NCBI RefSeq assembly: GCF_028641065.1
Contig: NC_073380.1
Coordinates: 35,030,001 to 35,094,000, forward strand
Reading direction: 5' to 3'
DNA length: 64,000 bases
Source of the DNA: Leucoraja erinacea
Taxonomy: Eukaryota
Below, piece after piece: positions 11,814-24,092 of this stretch. The notes beneath the pieces are model-generated. The model saw only the letters and a list, made by a program, of their open reading frames with translations. It made no database searches and was not told the DNA's origin. Position numbers and translations under genes: made by a program. Each line of letters opens with the position of its first letter. The stretch's first letter is position 1.

Positions 11814-13010
11814 CTGGACGAACCAGGTGGCTATGTGAGGATTATGTTCTTCGACTTTTCAAGTGCGTTCAACACCATCCAACCCCCGATTCTGAAAGGC
11901 AAGCTTAAGAATAAGATGGGGGTGGACTCCACCTTTATCTCCTGGAATACAACTACCTGATGGGTTGACCACAGTTTGTTAAACTGCGGGACTGTGTTTC
12001 CGGGACAGTGGTGTGCAATGTTGGAGCCCCACAGGGAACGGTTCTGGCCCCATTCCTCTTCACCCGGTATACTGCAGACTTCAATTATACGTCTGACACA
12101 TGCCACGCACAGAAATATTCAGATGACACAGCGATTGTGGCATGTGTAAGGAACGGGCAGGAGGAGGAATACAGGGACTTGACCAGTGCCTTCTGTGCCT
12201 GGAGTGAAGAGAACTGTCTCATCCTGAATACAGCCAAGACTAAAGAGATGGTGGTTAACTTTGGCAGGACCAAGCTCCCCCTTCAGCCGGTCAACGCTGC
12301 AGGGGCTGACATTGAGGTGGTGCAGACATATAAATACCTTGGAGTGCACCTTGATAACAAACCAGACTAGTCTGCCAACTCTGACGCCCTCTACAAAAAA
12401 GGCCAGAGCAAACTCTTTTTCCTCAGAAGGCTCAAATCCTTCAATGTGTGTAATGATATGCTGTACATGTTTTACAATACTGTGGTTGCAAGTGTCATTT
12501 TTTACGCTGTTGTCTGCTGGGGCAACAGCATCACTGCGAAAAACAACAAGAAGCTTGACAAACTGGTAAAACAGGCTAGCTCAGTGCTGGAGGAGAGAGT
12601 GGACTCTGGGATGGATGTGCTTGAGAGGCGTATGAGGCGCAAGGTGCAGGTCATCCTGGAAAACCCCAGGCACCCCCTCCATGTAATTCTGGAGAGTCAA
12701 AAAAGCACTCGGAACAACAACCGGCTCCTCTCCCTGCGTTGTAGAACGGATCGGTCCAGGAGATCCTTCACCCCTGCAGCCATTAGATTTTATAATACAG
12801 ACCGGTAGCCTGTAGGGGGATGCGTTTTTGCATTGTTAATTATTGTTTTTTTTAAGTATTTATTGCTCTCAGGTATTGTCCACATTGTATTTTATGGATT
12901 TTCTGTCTGCTTTCGTTTAGAATGTGCGGGTTAGTTGGTTGGGGACTTATGGACATCTGAATTTCCCCGAGGGGATCAATAAAGTATTTATTATTATTAT
13001 TATTATTATT
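11814..13010 (+). mobile_element. 5'-truncated Rex1/Babar LINE (RT and C-terminus)
   Basis: VRIMFFDFSSAFNTIQP, GAPQGTVLAPFLF, KYSDD, YKYLGVHLDNK, RSFTPAAIRFYN; tail GGGATCAATAAAGT-(ATT)n; few disruptions. Confidence 0.92.
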
Positions 13011-13391
13011 ATTAATAAAACTCACAACATACAGATATTCTTCGAATGGAGAAAAATATATAAAACAGAGCTCTCACAACTTTTTTTCTCTGATGCCAGC
13101 CGGGCAACCTAGGCAACTTCTACGGTTGCCAAATGACGGCGTGCGATAATGTGCTCGAATGAAGTGCGTAGTACCAGTCGGAATTATGCTCAATGAAGCA
13201 TTCACATATTATCTCTGCTTCAAATAAAGTCAAACTAAACATATTCACCAATCAAGACATGATATACCACAATGACATGCAGCAAAATTACAAAACAGTA
13301 TCTCAACTCTTTTTACATGTTGCAATGAATGCAATATCTATTATTTCTTTCCACTTCCAAACAAAAATGTGGTTGGATTATTCAGCGTATG

Positions 13392-13835
13392 ATCAACCTC
13401 GGTGAGACCAAACGCAGGCTTGGCAATTGCTTCGCACAACAACACGCTGATCAATCACACGGGTGGCTCAGCATTTCAACTCCCCCTCCCATTCCGAATC
13501 TGACCTTTCTGTCCTAGGCCTCCTACATGGCCAGAGTGAGGCCCACCGTAAATTCGAGAAACAGCACCTCATATTTCGTTTGGGTAGCTTACATCCCAGC
13601 GATATGAACATTGGCTTCTCCAATTTCAGGTAGTCCTTGCTTTCTCCCTCCTTCCACTCCCATTCCCAGCTCTGCCACAGCCTACCGTCTTAGCCTCTTC
13701 CTTTCTTTCCCCCCCCCCCCCCCCCCCTGCCGCCGACATCAGTCTGAAGAAGGGTCTCGACCCGAAACATCGACCTATTCCTTTGCTCCATTGATGCTGG
13801 GTCACCCGCTGATTTTCTCCAGTTTTGTCTACCAC
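13392..13835 (+). mobile_element. Penelope-like element 3' end: GIY-YIG endonuclease C-terminus plus terminal repeat
   Basis: LGETKRRLG..FA, VAQHFNSPSHS, EKQHLIFRLGSLHP..MNI.FSNFR*; followed by pyrimidine tract and the repeat shared with the fold-back elements. Confidence 0.88.
13741..13776 (+). ncRNA. Minimal hammerhead-ribozyme-like motif in the Penelope terminal repeat
   Basis: CUGAAGA (13744-13750), A, GGGUC/GACCC stem II, GAAAC, AUC (GUC in the copy at ~18929). Stem I is very short; activity unproven. Confidence 0.65.
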
Positions 13836-14062
13836 CATTCACACAAGTTCTGTTATCCCACTATCCTCACCCACTCCCTGCACATTGGGGGCAATTTTAC
13901 AGAGACAAGTTAACCTACAAAGCCAATGCGTCTTTGGGATGTGGGAGGAAACCCACATGCTTGCCGAGGGAATGTGCAAATTCAACACAGATAATGCCCG
14001 AGGACAGGATCAAACACAGATCTCTGTTGTGTAAAACAGCAAGTCTACCAGTTGTGCCACTA
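13836..14062 (-). mobile_element. Decayed HE1-like V-SINE
   Basis: GTTTCCTCCCACATCCCAAAGAC V-domain remnant. Confidence 0.65.
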
Positions 14063-14199
14063 TATTTAGTTTTCCAACACACAATTATAGGTTGATAACT
14101 TTGGTTACTAAAAAAAACGATCCATTTTCAGTCTTAAATCTCGAAGTCACGCTATGTCCCCCTTTAAAGCTACTGTATATTTTAATTCAGTTCAAGACA

Positions 14200-14985
14200 A
14201 TGGGGCAGTACATTGGACATAAAGTTGCTGCCTAAAAGTGCCAGAGACCCGGAATTGATCCTGAATATGTGTGCTGTCTGTATGGTTTGCTCATTTTCCC
14301 TTTGATCGCATGGGTTTTCTCCGGGTGCTCTTGTTTCCTTCCACATTCCAAAGATGTGCAGGAACCTTTTTCAGACCCAACCTAAAACGTTATATTTTCC
14401 TTTTGTCCAGAAATTGTCTGACCAGTTCAGTTACTCCAGATTTGTGTGTCTATCTTTGGTTTCAACCAGCATCTGCAGTTCCTTCCTACACACACACACG
14501 ATACTATACGATAGAACTTTATTAATCCCATGAGAGTGTGTGCATGTGCGTGTGTATATACAGTGCCAGTGTCCAGGGAAGAGCGTATTGAAGAGGCTAA
14601 TGAGAGGAAATGCTCAAAGTACCAGGAACTGGTCTCCACCATGTGCCAGGACAACGGCTGAGCCCATAGAGGTGGGCTATAGAGGCTTTGCAAGACGCTC
14701 ATTCTGCAAAGTCCTCAACCAGTTGGGCATTACGGGGCTGGCAAAGAAGAGGGCCATTCAATCCGCAAGCAAAGCCGCAGAAAAAGCCACTAGGTGCCTT
14801 TGGATTAAAAGAGCTGATCCGTGAGCGGTTGCTGCTGGGACGCAAGTCGGGCTCCCTGAAATATATAAAGAATAAAACACTCTTGACTCACGTCACTAAT
14901 GTGTGGGATAGAACGAGTGTACGGGTGATCGGCATGGAATCACCGAAGGGCCTGTTTCTGCGCTGTATCTTAAAATTAAACTAAA
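14200..14985 (+). mobile_element. HE1-like V-SINE interrupted by a Penelope-derived piece (14365-14490) and a HERO fragment
   Basis: tRNA-like head, GGGTTTTCTCCGGGTGCTC V-domain, tail GAAGGGCCTGTTTCTGCGCTGTATCT-TAAA. Confidence 0.7.
14562..14855 (+). mobile_element. HERO-like (RLE-type non-LTR retrotransposon) 3' fragment
   Basis: EERIEEANERKCSKYQEL...EPIEVGYRGFARRSFCKVLNQLGITG.AKKRAIQSAS.AAEKATR.LWIKRADP, typical of the HERO restriction-like endonuclease end. Confidence 0.8.
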
Positions 14986-15004
14986 TACACTACAACCAGA
15001 GGGA

Positions 15005-15068
15005 GTCTAAAGAAGGGTCTCTACCCAAAATGTCACCCAATTTATTCTATCCAGAGATGCTGGCTGCT
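15005..15068 (+). mobile_element. Penelope terminal-repeat remnant with decayed hammerhead motif
   Basis: GTCTAAAGAAGGGTCTCTACCCAAAATGTCACC. Confidence 0.6.
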
Positions 15069-15077
15069 CCATGCAGT

Positions 15078-15262
15078 GCCCCCACACAATTAAAGCATGG
15101 AATAGTCTTCACCCTGTCATAGTTATCCAACCAGACGAAACTAAATTTAAGGTCGCTCTTTTTTCCCTAAGAACCCTTTTTTGCTTAAATCCACCCTACA
15201 CCACCTCCAGTTTAAATTCCATTCGGAATATATTTGGAGAATTAGGAAACCAAGAAGCAAGA
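15078..15262 (+). mobile_element. CR1/L2-group LINE 3' end
   Basis: PHTIKAWNSLHP..FKVAL C-terminus and (CCAAGAA)-type tail; second copy at 4266-4340. Confidence 0.6.
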
Positions 15263-17453
15263 GTTACTCCAGGGAGTTACTCCAGCTCGAGGGAGTGATT
15301 CTGTGTTGGGTTTCAGCGGTCGCGGCGAGGCAGCGACCGGGCAGCAATGGGGGCCAGATCTCCCACAATGCAAAGGGAGGGAGAAAGTGCCCGCCGCCGA
15401 CCAGTGGCCGTGGCAGTGTGCATGTGCAGGGTGGCCGCTAATGTGCTGGCCGTGGTTGTGCGCATGTGCAGGGGAGGATGTGCTGGCCGTGCTAGTGCGC
15501 ATGTGCAGGCCATGCCAGCGGATGAGGAGCGGCCAGAGAGGGGACACTCGGACACGGATGCCGGGCGGACAGAGAGTGACAGAGAGAGGGATAGAGAGGG
15601 GGGCCAAGCCGGGCAAAATGACAGGCTTTTAGGTTGCCCGGCGGGACTTTAGGTGGCCATTGGAAACCGGGCAACCGTTCATTTTGAGCCCTGTAAAAGA
15701 GAATTAGGTCTAAACCATTTTAAAAATAGGATAATTTCAAAAACCCATTCTGCAACAGATTCACAAAACGAAACAAACTACTAAACTACTTAAAAAAAAC
15801 AGACACCCAATACTGCTCATTCTGAGCGTGCATAGGCATCACTAAAGTAAAAGATTAGAAAATAAAATATATAAATTCAGAATTTTACCATATTATAGGA
15901 TTATAATATCTCAAATTCATTAAGTGCCTCACTTCACTTATCATTGAAATAGGACATTTCAATGCACAACATTAATTAAAATTAACATATTGTTGAATTG
16001 TAAAATGGAAGTTACTCTCGACAGTATAACAAAACTGTTAACATTTAATTATTAGAAAGATTGTAAATTTTTTCAATTAAGAAACTTTTTGAAGACAGTG
16101 AGAAATTAGCACATGCCTAAACCAGTCACACCAATAACCTGCACCAAAATAAGAAATCCCACATGCAGAAGAAAATAACGGTCAGAAAACATCTGTCCTA
16201 CCGACAGGTTTAATATGACTTTCTATTGATTTTAAATTAAGCTGCATGCACGTGCACACCTTTCCTGTTTCGTTGATGTTTGAACTTTGAGATTCAAATG
16301 TGTTTTAGACAATAGACAATAGGAGCAGGAGTAGGCCATTTGGCACCTCGAGCCAGCACCACCACTCATAGTGATCATGGCTGATCATCCACCTTCAGTA
16401 CCCAACATCCTGCCTCCAGCGTTTCCACTCCCTGAATGATCTTACGTTTCAATAAGATCCCCTCTCAGCCTTCTAAATTCCAGAATACACAAGTCCAGCC
16501 GCTACATTCTATCAACATATAACAGTCCCGCCACCTTGGGAATTAACCTCGTGGACCTACGCTGCACTCCCTCATAGCAAGAATGTCCTTCCAACTGCAG
16601 AAGGACCTTTTTGCTCCTATACTCAACTCCTCTTGTTATACAGGCCAACATGCCATTAGCTTTCTTCACTGCCTGCTGTACCCGCATGCTTACTTTCAGT
16701 GACTGATGAACAAGGATACCCAGATCTCATTGTACTTTCCTTTTTCCTAACTTGACACCATTCAGATAATAATCTGCCTTCCTGTTCTTGCCTCACATTT
16801 ATCCACATTAAACTGCATCTGCCATGCATCTGCCCACTCACCAAACCTGTCCAAGTCACCCTGCATCCTCATAGCAGCCTCCTCACAGTTCACAATGCCA
16901 CCCAGCTTTGTGTCATCTGCAATTTTGCTAATGGCACTTTTTATCCCTTCATCTAAATCATTAATGTATATTGTAAATAGCTACGGTCCCAGCACGGAGC
17001 TTTGCCGGACCCCACTAGTCACTGCCTGCCATTCTGAAAAGGACCGTTAATCCCTACTCTGTTTCCCATCTGCTAACCAATTTTCTATCCAGGTCAAAAC
17101 CCTTCCACCAATACGATGTGCTCTAATTTTGCCCACTAATCTCCTATGTGGGACCTTATCAAATGTTTTCTGAAAGTCCAGGTACACTACATCCACTGGC
17201 TTCTCCCATGCCCATTTTCCTAGTTACACCCTCAAAAAAATCCAGAAGATTAGTCGAGCATGATTTCCCCCTCATAAATCCATGCTGACTCGAACCGATC
17301 CTGATACTGCTATCCAAATATGCCGCTGTTTCATCTTTTATAAATGACTCCAGCATCTTCCCCACCACCGATGTCTGACTAACTGGTCTATAATTCCATT
17401 TTCTCTCTCCCACTTTCCTTAAAATGTGGGATAACATTAGCTACCCTCCAATC

Positions 17454-18503
17454 ATACAGTATTGTGTACAGTTTTGGTCTCCTAAGTTGAGGAAGGACCA
17501 CCTTGTGATTGAGGCAGTGCAGCGTAGGTTCACGAGATTGATCCCTGGGATGGTTGGACTGTCATACGAGGAAAGATTGAAAAGACTAGGCTTGTATTCA
17601 CTGGAGTTTAGAAGGATGAGGGGAGATCTTATAGAAACATATAAAATTATAAAAGGACTGGACAAGCTAGTTGCAGGAAAAATGTTCCCAATGTTGGGTG
17701 AGTCCAGAACCAGGGGCCACAGTCTTAGAATAAAGGGGAGGTAATTTAAGACTGAGGTGAGAAAAAAACATTTCACCCAGAGAGTTGTGAATTTATGGAA
17801 TTCCCTGCCACCGAGGGCAGTGGAGGCCAAATCACTGGATGGATTTAAGAGAGACTTACAATACAATACGGTTTATTTGTCACATTGCACATAAGTGCAA
17901 GTGAAATGAATATGTCAGCAGCGGTACAATTATAAAGAACACACACAAAAACACAATAAAAATTGAACATAAACATCCACCACAGCATTCATCACTGTGG
18001 TGGAAGGCACACAATTTGGCCAGTCCTCCTCCATTTTCCCCCGTGGTCGGGACCTCAACCCTCGGCAGCCGTTGCTGCGGGCGTCCAGATGGTAAAAGGA
18101 CAAGGTACAAGTCCAGGTAAGTCCAGAGTCGGCTCTTCCCCACCGGAGACCGCGGCTTTAAGTTGGTGTAGGCCGCAGGCCGGCGGCCGAAGATTTAAAG
18201 TCCCCGCCGCGCTGCAGCCAGAAGCACCGCAGACCGCAGGGTCGGTGGTCGAAGCTCCCCTCCAGGGGCGATGGTAAGTTCACGCCGGGCCCATGGTAGA
18301 AGTTGGCCGCAGGCCGGCAGCGATGGCTTCTTCTTCCCCCGGGTCCCCCACAAGCTCTAGGGGCTAGTGGAATTAAGGGACATGGGGAGAAGGCAGGCAC
18401 GGGTTATTGATAGGGGACAATCAGCCATTGATCACAATGAATGGCGGTGCTGGCTCGAAGGCCTCGCTGGCCTCCTCCTGCACCTATTTTCTATGTTTCT
18501 ATG
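17454..18503 (+). mobile_element. CR1/HER1-like 3' fragment nested in opposite orientation
   Basis: YCVQFWSP..VQRRFTRLIPGM..RMRGDLIETYKI..RTRGHSLRI; tail (TTTCTATG)n. Confidence 0.9.
17857..18352 (-). mobile_element. GC-rich non-autonomous retroposon with Rex-like tail
   Basis: Tail TGACAAATAAACC(GTATT)n; interrupts the CR1 fragment. Confidence 0.6.
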
Positions 18504-18626
18504 AACTGTTCCTGAATTTACATAACATTGGAAAATGATCACCAATGCATCCACAATTTCTAGACCCACTTCCTTAAGTACCCTGGGATGCAGACCATCA
18601 GGCCCTGGGGATTTACCAGCCTTCAA

Positions 18627-18732
18627 TCACGGGGAGAACATACAAACTCTGTACAGTCAGCACCCGTAGTCATGATCGAACCTTATCTCTGGTGTTGTAA
18701 AGCAGCAACTCAACCGCTGTGCCACCGTGCCA
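18627..18732 (-). mobile_element. HE1-like SINE head
   Basis: GGCACGGTGGCACAGCGGTTGAG...GGTTCGATC...GAGTTTGTATGTTCTCCCCGTG. Confidence 0.75.
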
Positions 18733-18849
18733 TTAATGAACACACCAAGAAAGCTGTCAAATAACAATTTTAAGCCTTTGACATAAAATTGAGTGAAATC
18801 CAGATTCAATTTATTAACAGATTTTAATATTAAAAACAACAAATTTAAG

Positions 18850-19345
18850 TTGCTTGAAATCTGAAACAGAAAATGCTCGAAATATTCAACAGGTCCATTG
18901 AGAGAGAAGAATCGCCTCGACCCGAAACGTCACCCATTCATTCTCTCCAGAGATGCTGCCTGTCCTGCTGAGTCACTCCAGCTTTTTGTGCCTATCTTCA
19001 ACCTAATTAACATTACAGGTTGCATAGGAACAGACTAGTTCTGGTACAAACCGGAAAGATAGCCTATTCAATGGCCTTTCTTACATCATGAAAGCTGAAT
19101 TCTAATGGAGACACAAGGAACTGCAGTTGTGGCTTTAAAAAAAAAAAACACAAAATGCTGATGTAACTCAGTGGATCAGGCAACGTCTGGAAAACATGGA
19201 CAGGCAACATTTTGGGTCGGGACCCTTATTCAATTTGGTTCTAATACAAGGTCATCAACCTGTAATGTTAAATCAATTTCCTTCCCCCACTGATGCTGCA
19301 TGATTTTCTGAGCATTTCTAGTACTTGTTAGATTTTCATTCACTA
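18850..19345. mobile_element. Cluster of Penelope terminal-repeat remnants on both strands
   Basis: CTCGACCCGAAACGTCACC at ~18916-18934 (+); copy at 19108-19232 (-). Confidence 0.7.
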
Positions 19346-20842
19346 CTGTTCTGAAATGTTCAGTGTTCCAACATTTCTTTGTCCACATTCATCTCCATTT
19401 ATATTTTTTCCAGAGACCACCTGCAATCAATATATTTCATGTCTTCACCAATGCATCTAAAATGGCACCAATAGCATTTATGTCACTCAAGAACCCACTC
19501 TATTACTGTTGTGACCTCTAATGTCTTCAACCCTCCCTCTTCTCAGCATGAGAAACTTCCTTTGACTTTTAACTCTTCATGGATCCAATAGAACATCATC
19601 ACTGGCTGTATTTCCAGAATGTTCTGCTACTATTGCAAAGCTTTTCTTAAAAACAGCATCTAACACAACAGCAAAAAAATTACAAAAACAGCCAAATATT
19701 TAATGTTGCCATTAAAGTTCTAACATTCATGTCCAATGATATTTGTGTAACGGTAAAATATTAATGAAACGGGTCACAACGTTAAAATAAGTATTTAGCA
19801 TTATATAAAATTACAATTAGATTATGGCAATACAACTAACGTATTTTAATTAGAACAAAGCCACTGAAAATCAAATTCAGTTAAGTCCATACTGCAAAAC
19901 AGCATTAGAAACAGTGATAAACAAGAGGAGCCCATTGCACCTTCTTAAAAAAAGGTTCAATGATATCCAAAGCTAACCAAATCTCAAAGAACAAAGGCAT
20001 TGGATTAAGTAGTTATTATGCTTAACAGATGCACAAGTAACTCATTGTTTGGAAAACAAATACCAAAAATGTACAGTATATCATAAATGGATTTGAGTTT
20101 TCAACCAATTATGAGAGGGCATTTTTCTTTCTATGGGGTGTTTTCTTAAAACAACTCACCAAATTATGCTCTGAACATTCAAGTGAAAGTACTACATGTC
20201 AGGAAAATATTCACTACAGCAGATTGCATTTGTGCAATGTGGTTTTTGCAGGCACCACTAATACTTAATTTTATTTTTGCATCAAGACGATCAATGAATG
20301 TTGTTTAAAATACAAAGATTTTTGTACAATACAAAATACAAACCTTTTCAAAGCATATTCAACAATTTATTTTAAACGGCAATGTTCCTCATAAAGTTTT
20401 AGGCAACAATAACTCCCAAACATTCAAGAACATTGCAGTATTCCAAGAACTAAAATTGACATTTTGTCGTCCAAATAAAGCCAAGAGAAGCTGCCCATTC
20501 TAGTTATTCCTCCCACAGTATTGGAAAAATAAAATAAGAAGCTTCTCAATAGTTTAAGTCCTAACAAGAAGCCAAAGAGGTTACTCTGGAGACAATTTTA
20601 TAAAACTAGCAGAGAGAAGGTATAACAAATTAATTTGATAGGAAGTTTCAGGCAAGGTAAAACAGAGCTGGTATCTGAATAAGCTATTAAATAACGACAT
20701 AAAAAGAGCATTATTTGAAAGCAGGTAAAGGAGCGAACAAGTTCTCTTTATGGCATAAAAGTGCTAAATGCCATGAAACGCAAGATTGGAAGAGACCAAT
20801 TGCTAAGTATGGAATGTAGCACAAAAAATCCACCGCGTGGTG

Positions 20843-23029
20843 CAGTGCCCTCCATAATATTCGGGACAAAGACCCATCATTTATTTATTTGCCTCCATAA
20901 TGTTTGGGACAAAGCCATCATTTATTTATTTGCCTCTGTACTCCACAATTTGAGATCTGTAATATAAAAAAATGATCTTCATTGACGATAAAACTGCTGA
21001 TGGTAGTAGCATAATGAATTCTGAACTGTGTAGACACATCCGATCTGCTCAAGTTCAAACAAATGCCTCAAAACTCATTGGCCGGCGGTTCATTCTACTG
21101 AAGAGACAATGATCCCAAACATACTGCTAAAGCAACAAAGGAATTTTTCAAAGCTAAAATATGGTAAATTCATGAGTGGCCGTCTGAACACAATTGAGCA
21201 TGCCTTTTATATGCTGAAGAGAAAACTGAAGGTGACTAGCCCCCAAAACAAGCATAAGTGATAGATGGCTGCAATACAGGCCTGGCAGAGCATCACCAGA
21301 GAAGACACCCAGCAACTGGTGATGTCCATGAATCAGACTCCAAGCAGTCATTGCATGCAAAGGATATGCAACAAAATACTAAACATGCCTACTTTCGTAG
21401 AAACATAGAACATAGAAATTAGGTGCAGGAGTAGGCCATTCGGCCCTTCGAGCCTGCACCGCCTTTCAATATGATCATGGCTGATCATCCAACTCAATAT
21501 CCCATACCTGCCTTCTCTCCATACCCCCTGATCCCCTTAGCCACATCTAACTCCCTCTTAAATATAGCCAATGAACTGGCCTCAACTACCCTCCGTGGCA
21601 GAGAGTTCCAGAGATTCACCACTCTCTGCGGTTTTAAAGGATTTCCCCCTTATCCTTAAGCTGTGACCCCTTGTCCTGGACTTCCCAAACATCCGGAACA
21701 ATCTTCCTGCATCTAGTCTGTCCAACCCCTTAAGAATTTTGTAAGTTTCTATAAGATCCCCTTTCAATCTCCTAAATTCTAGAGAGTACAAACCAAGTCT
21801 ATCCATTCTTTCTTCATAAGACAGTCCTGACATCCCATGAATCAGTCTGGTGAACCTTCTCTGCACTCCCTCTATGGCAATAATGTCCTTCCTCAGATTT
21901 GGAGACCAAAACTGTACTCAATACTCCAGGTGTGGTCTCACCAAGACCCTGTACAACTGCAGTAGAACCTCCCTGCTCCTATACTCAAATCCTTTTGCTA
22001 TGAAAGCTAACATACCATTTGCTTTCTTCACTGCCTGCTGCACCTGCATGCCTACATTCAATGACTGGCGTATCATGACACCCAGGTCTCGCTGCATCTC
22101 CCCTTTTCCTAATCGGCCACCATTTAGATAATAGTCTGCTTTCCTGTTTTTGCCACCAAAATGGATAACCTCACATTTATCCACATTATACTGCATCTGC
22201 CAAACATTTGCCCACTCACCCAGCCTATCCAAGTCACCTTGCAGTCTCCTAGCATCCTCCTCACAGCTAACACTGCCCCCAACCTTCGTGTCATCCGCAA
22301 ACTTGGGGATATTGACTTCAATTCCTTCATCCAGATCATTAATATATATTGTAAATAGCTGGGGATCCCAACACTCAGCCTTGCGGTACCCCACTAGTCA
22401 CTGCCTGCCATTGTGAAAAGGACCCGTTTACTCCTACTCTTTGCTTCCTGTTTGCCAGCCAGTTCTCTATCCACATCAATACTGAACCCCCAATGCCGTG
22501 TGCTTTAAGTGTGTATACTACTCTCTTATGTGGGACCTTGTCGAAAGCCTTCTGGAAGTCTAGATACACCACATCCACTGGTTCTCCCCTATCCACACCA
22601 CTAGTTATATCCTCGAAAAATTCTATAAGATTCGTCAGACATGATTTACCTTTCGTAAATCCATGCTGACTTTGTCCAATGATTTCACCACTTTCCAAAT
22701 GTGCTGCTATCCCATCTTTAATAACTGACTCTAGCAGTTTCCCCACTACCAATGTTAGACTAACTGGTCTGTAATTCCCCGTTTTCATTTACATGGCATT
22801 GCTGTGTCCCAAACATTATGGTGCCCTGAAATGGGGGGGAACTATGTATAAACACTGCTGTAATTTCTTCATGGTGAAACCAAAATGTATAAAAATGGCC
22901 TTTATTAAAATCTGGCAATTTGCACTTTAAACACATGTGATTTATTTCTATTACAAATCTCAAATTGTGGAGCACAGAGGCAAATAAACAAATGATGGGT
23001 CTTTGTCCTAAACATTACGGAGGGCACTA
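20843..23029 (+). mobile_element. Tc1-family DNA transposon (IR/DR type), internally deleted, interrupted by CR1
   Basis: TIR CAGTGCCCTCCATAATATTCGGGACAAAGACCCATCATTT / inverse at 22978-23029; inner direct repeat ~22806; transposase remnant DNDPKHTAK..EWP..IEH..LKRKL..AWQSI..RLQAVIACKGYATKY*. Confidence 0.9.
21398..22786 (-). mobile_element. CR1/HER1-like LINE, RT to 3' tail
   Basis: NYRPVSLT, YLDFQKAFDKVPH, SGVPQG, KFADDTK, LVRPHLEY; tail (TTTCTATG)n. Confidence 0.95.
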
Positions 23030-24092
23030 CGTTCTGCACAGATTGCACCTTCTTATTCAGCCAAACTCCTGTTGACAGTTCACTCGACACCAAGGCAATA
23101 AGCCTTAGACTATTGCAAGTTAGTAAAAAATATACAAATACAACCCTTGAGGTATCTTGAGTAATAATGTGATTCTTATGCTGCATCATGTGTTAGATGA
23201 AGAAGCTGCAGATTGAAACAACCAATTTGTTGAAGAGATAGGGCAAATTAAAATGAGAATGACTGGGCATGGGAAAAATAATGTCATTGATGACATTGAC
23301 AAATGGAACATTGGTAATATAGGTGATACAAACCCAAACAGATGGAATAGGTGGGATAATCTAACAGAAGGTCATTGAACCCTGCTCATGGATTATGATG
23401 CTCAGAAATGTTTCAAAGGACAGGGAATATTGTAATGGGAGTAATTATCAATCTATTTCTGGGGAAAATAAGCACCAAAGATACCTACAGGAATAATGAA
23501 ATTGAAGTACAACCAGAAACCGAGATGGGAAAGAAATTAAGGGAACAAATAACAGGCTCCGTAGCAAAATAGAAATAAATTTCAGAATTGGTTGAGCAAG
23601 GGATAATTGCCAGGAAAGCTAAAAATGAAGTTCAGTAAAGAGGATTCAACAGTCAATTAGTAAAACATCTATTATGAACTACAATTTTAAGCCTTAAAAG
23701 GCTAGCTTTACTTCTGGCCATAAAAGAGACACGAGCAATGAGACAATTGCATGAATACAAAATACAGACCAAGAATATTGTTGAATACCGCTGCAGGTGA
23801 AGCCAACTTCCTTATTGTCTGTCCTAATTAATGGAGCATTGGATTCCAGGCAGAAATAAATATTCTCCATTTCAACAAAATATTAACGTAGAGTTTCTTT
23901 AATCATTCTTAAACACATGAATGCCAACAGCATGGGAAAAGAAAATCTCAAGCAGCAAAGTTTGAAATTGTGTTAATTCATTATAAATTCCATGCCGTTA
24001 CATCCATGGAAATGTTGGTAAGCTACTATACTTTATCAGCAAGGAGCATATTTTGGTCACTCAAAACCATCGTAATTAATTAGAACACTCAC

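Larger units (their letters stand above)
13066..15693. mobile_element. Possible composite hAT-like DNA transposon (ends 13066-13390 and 15265-15693)
   Basis: Termini CAGAGCTC.../...GAGCCCTG, shared inverted subterminal CCGGGCAACCTA, flanking TAAAA on both sides. Confidence 0.5.
16308..18626 (-). mobile_element. CR1/HER1-like LINE RT region, interrupted at 17454-18503
   Basis: KSPGPDGLHPRVLKE, NYRPVS.TSVVGK, QHGFMRGKSC, VQRRSTRLIP; tail (CTATTGT)n. Confidence 0.92.

Noticed and set aside
24057-24092. ORF tail [11 protein letters not shown] suggesting a 558-aa single-exon protein
   Set aside because: Follows a canonical CAG|GTGAGT donor at the position where CHD7 exon 2 ends; intronic read-through.
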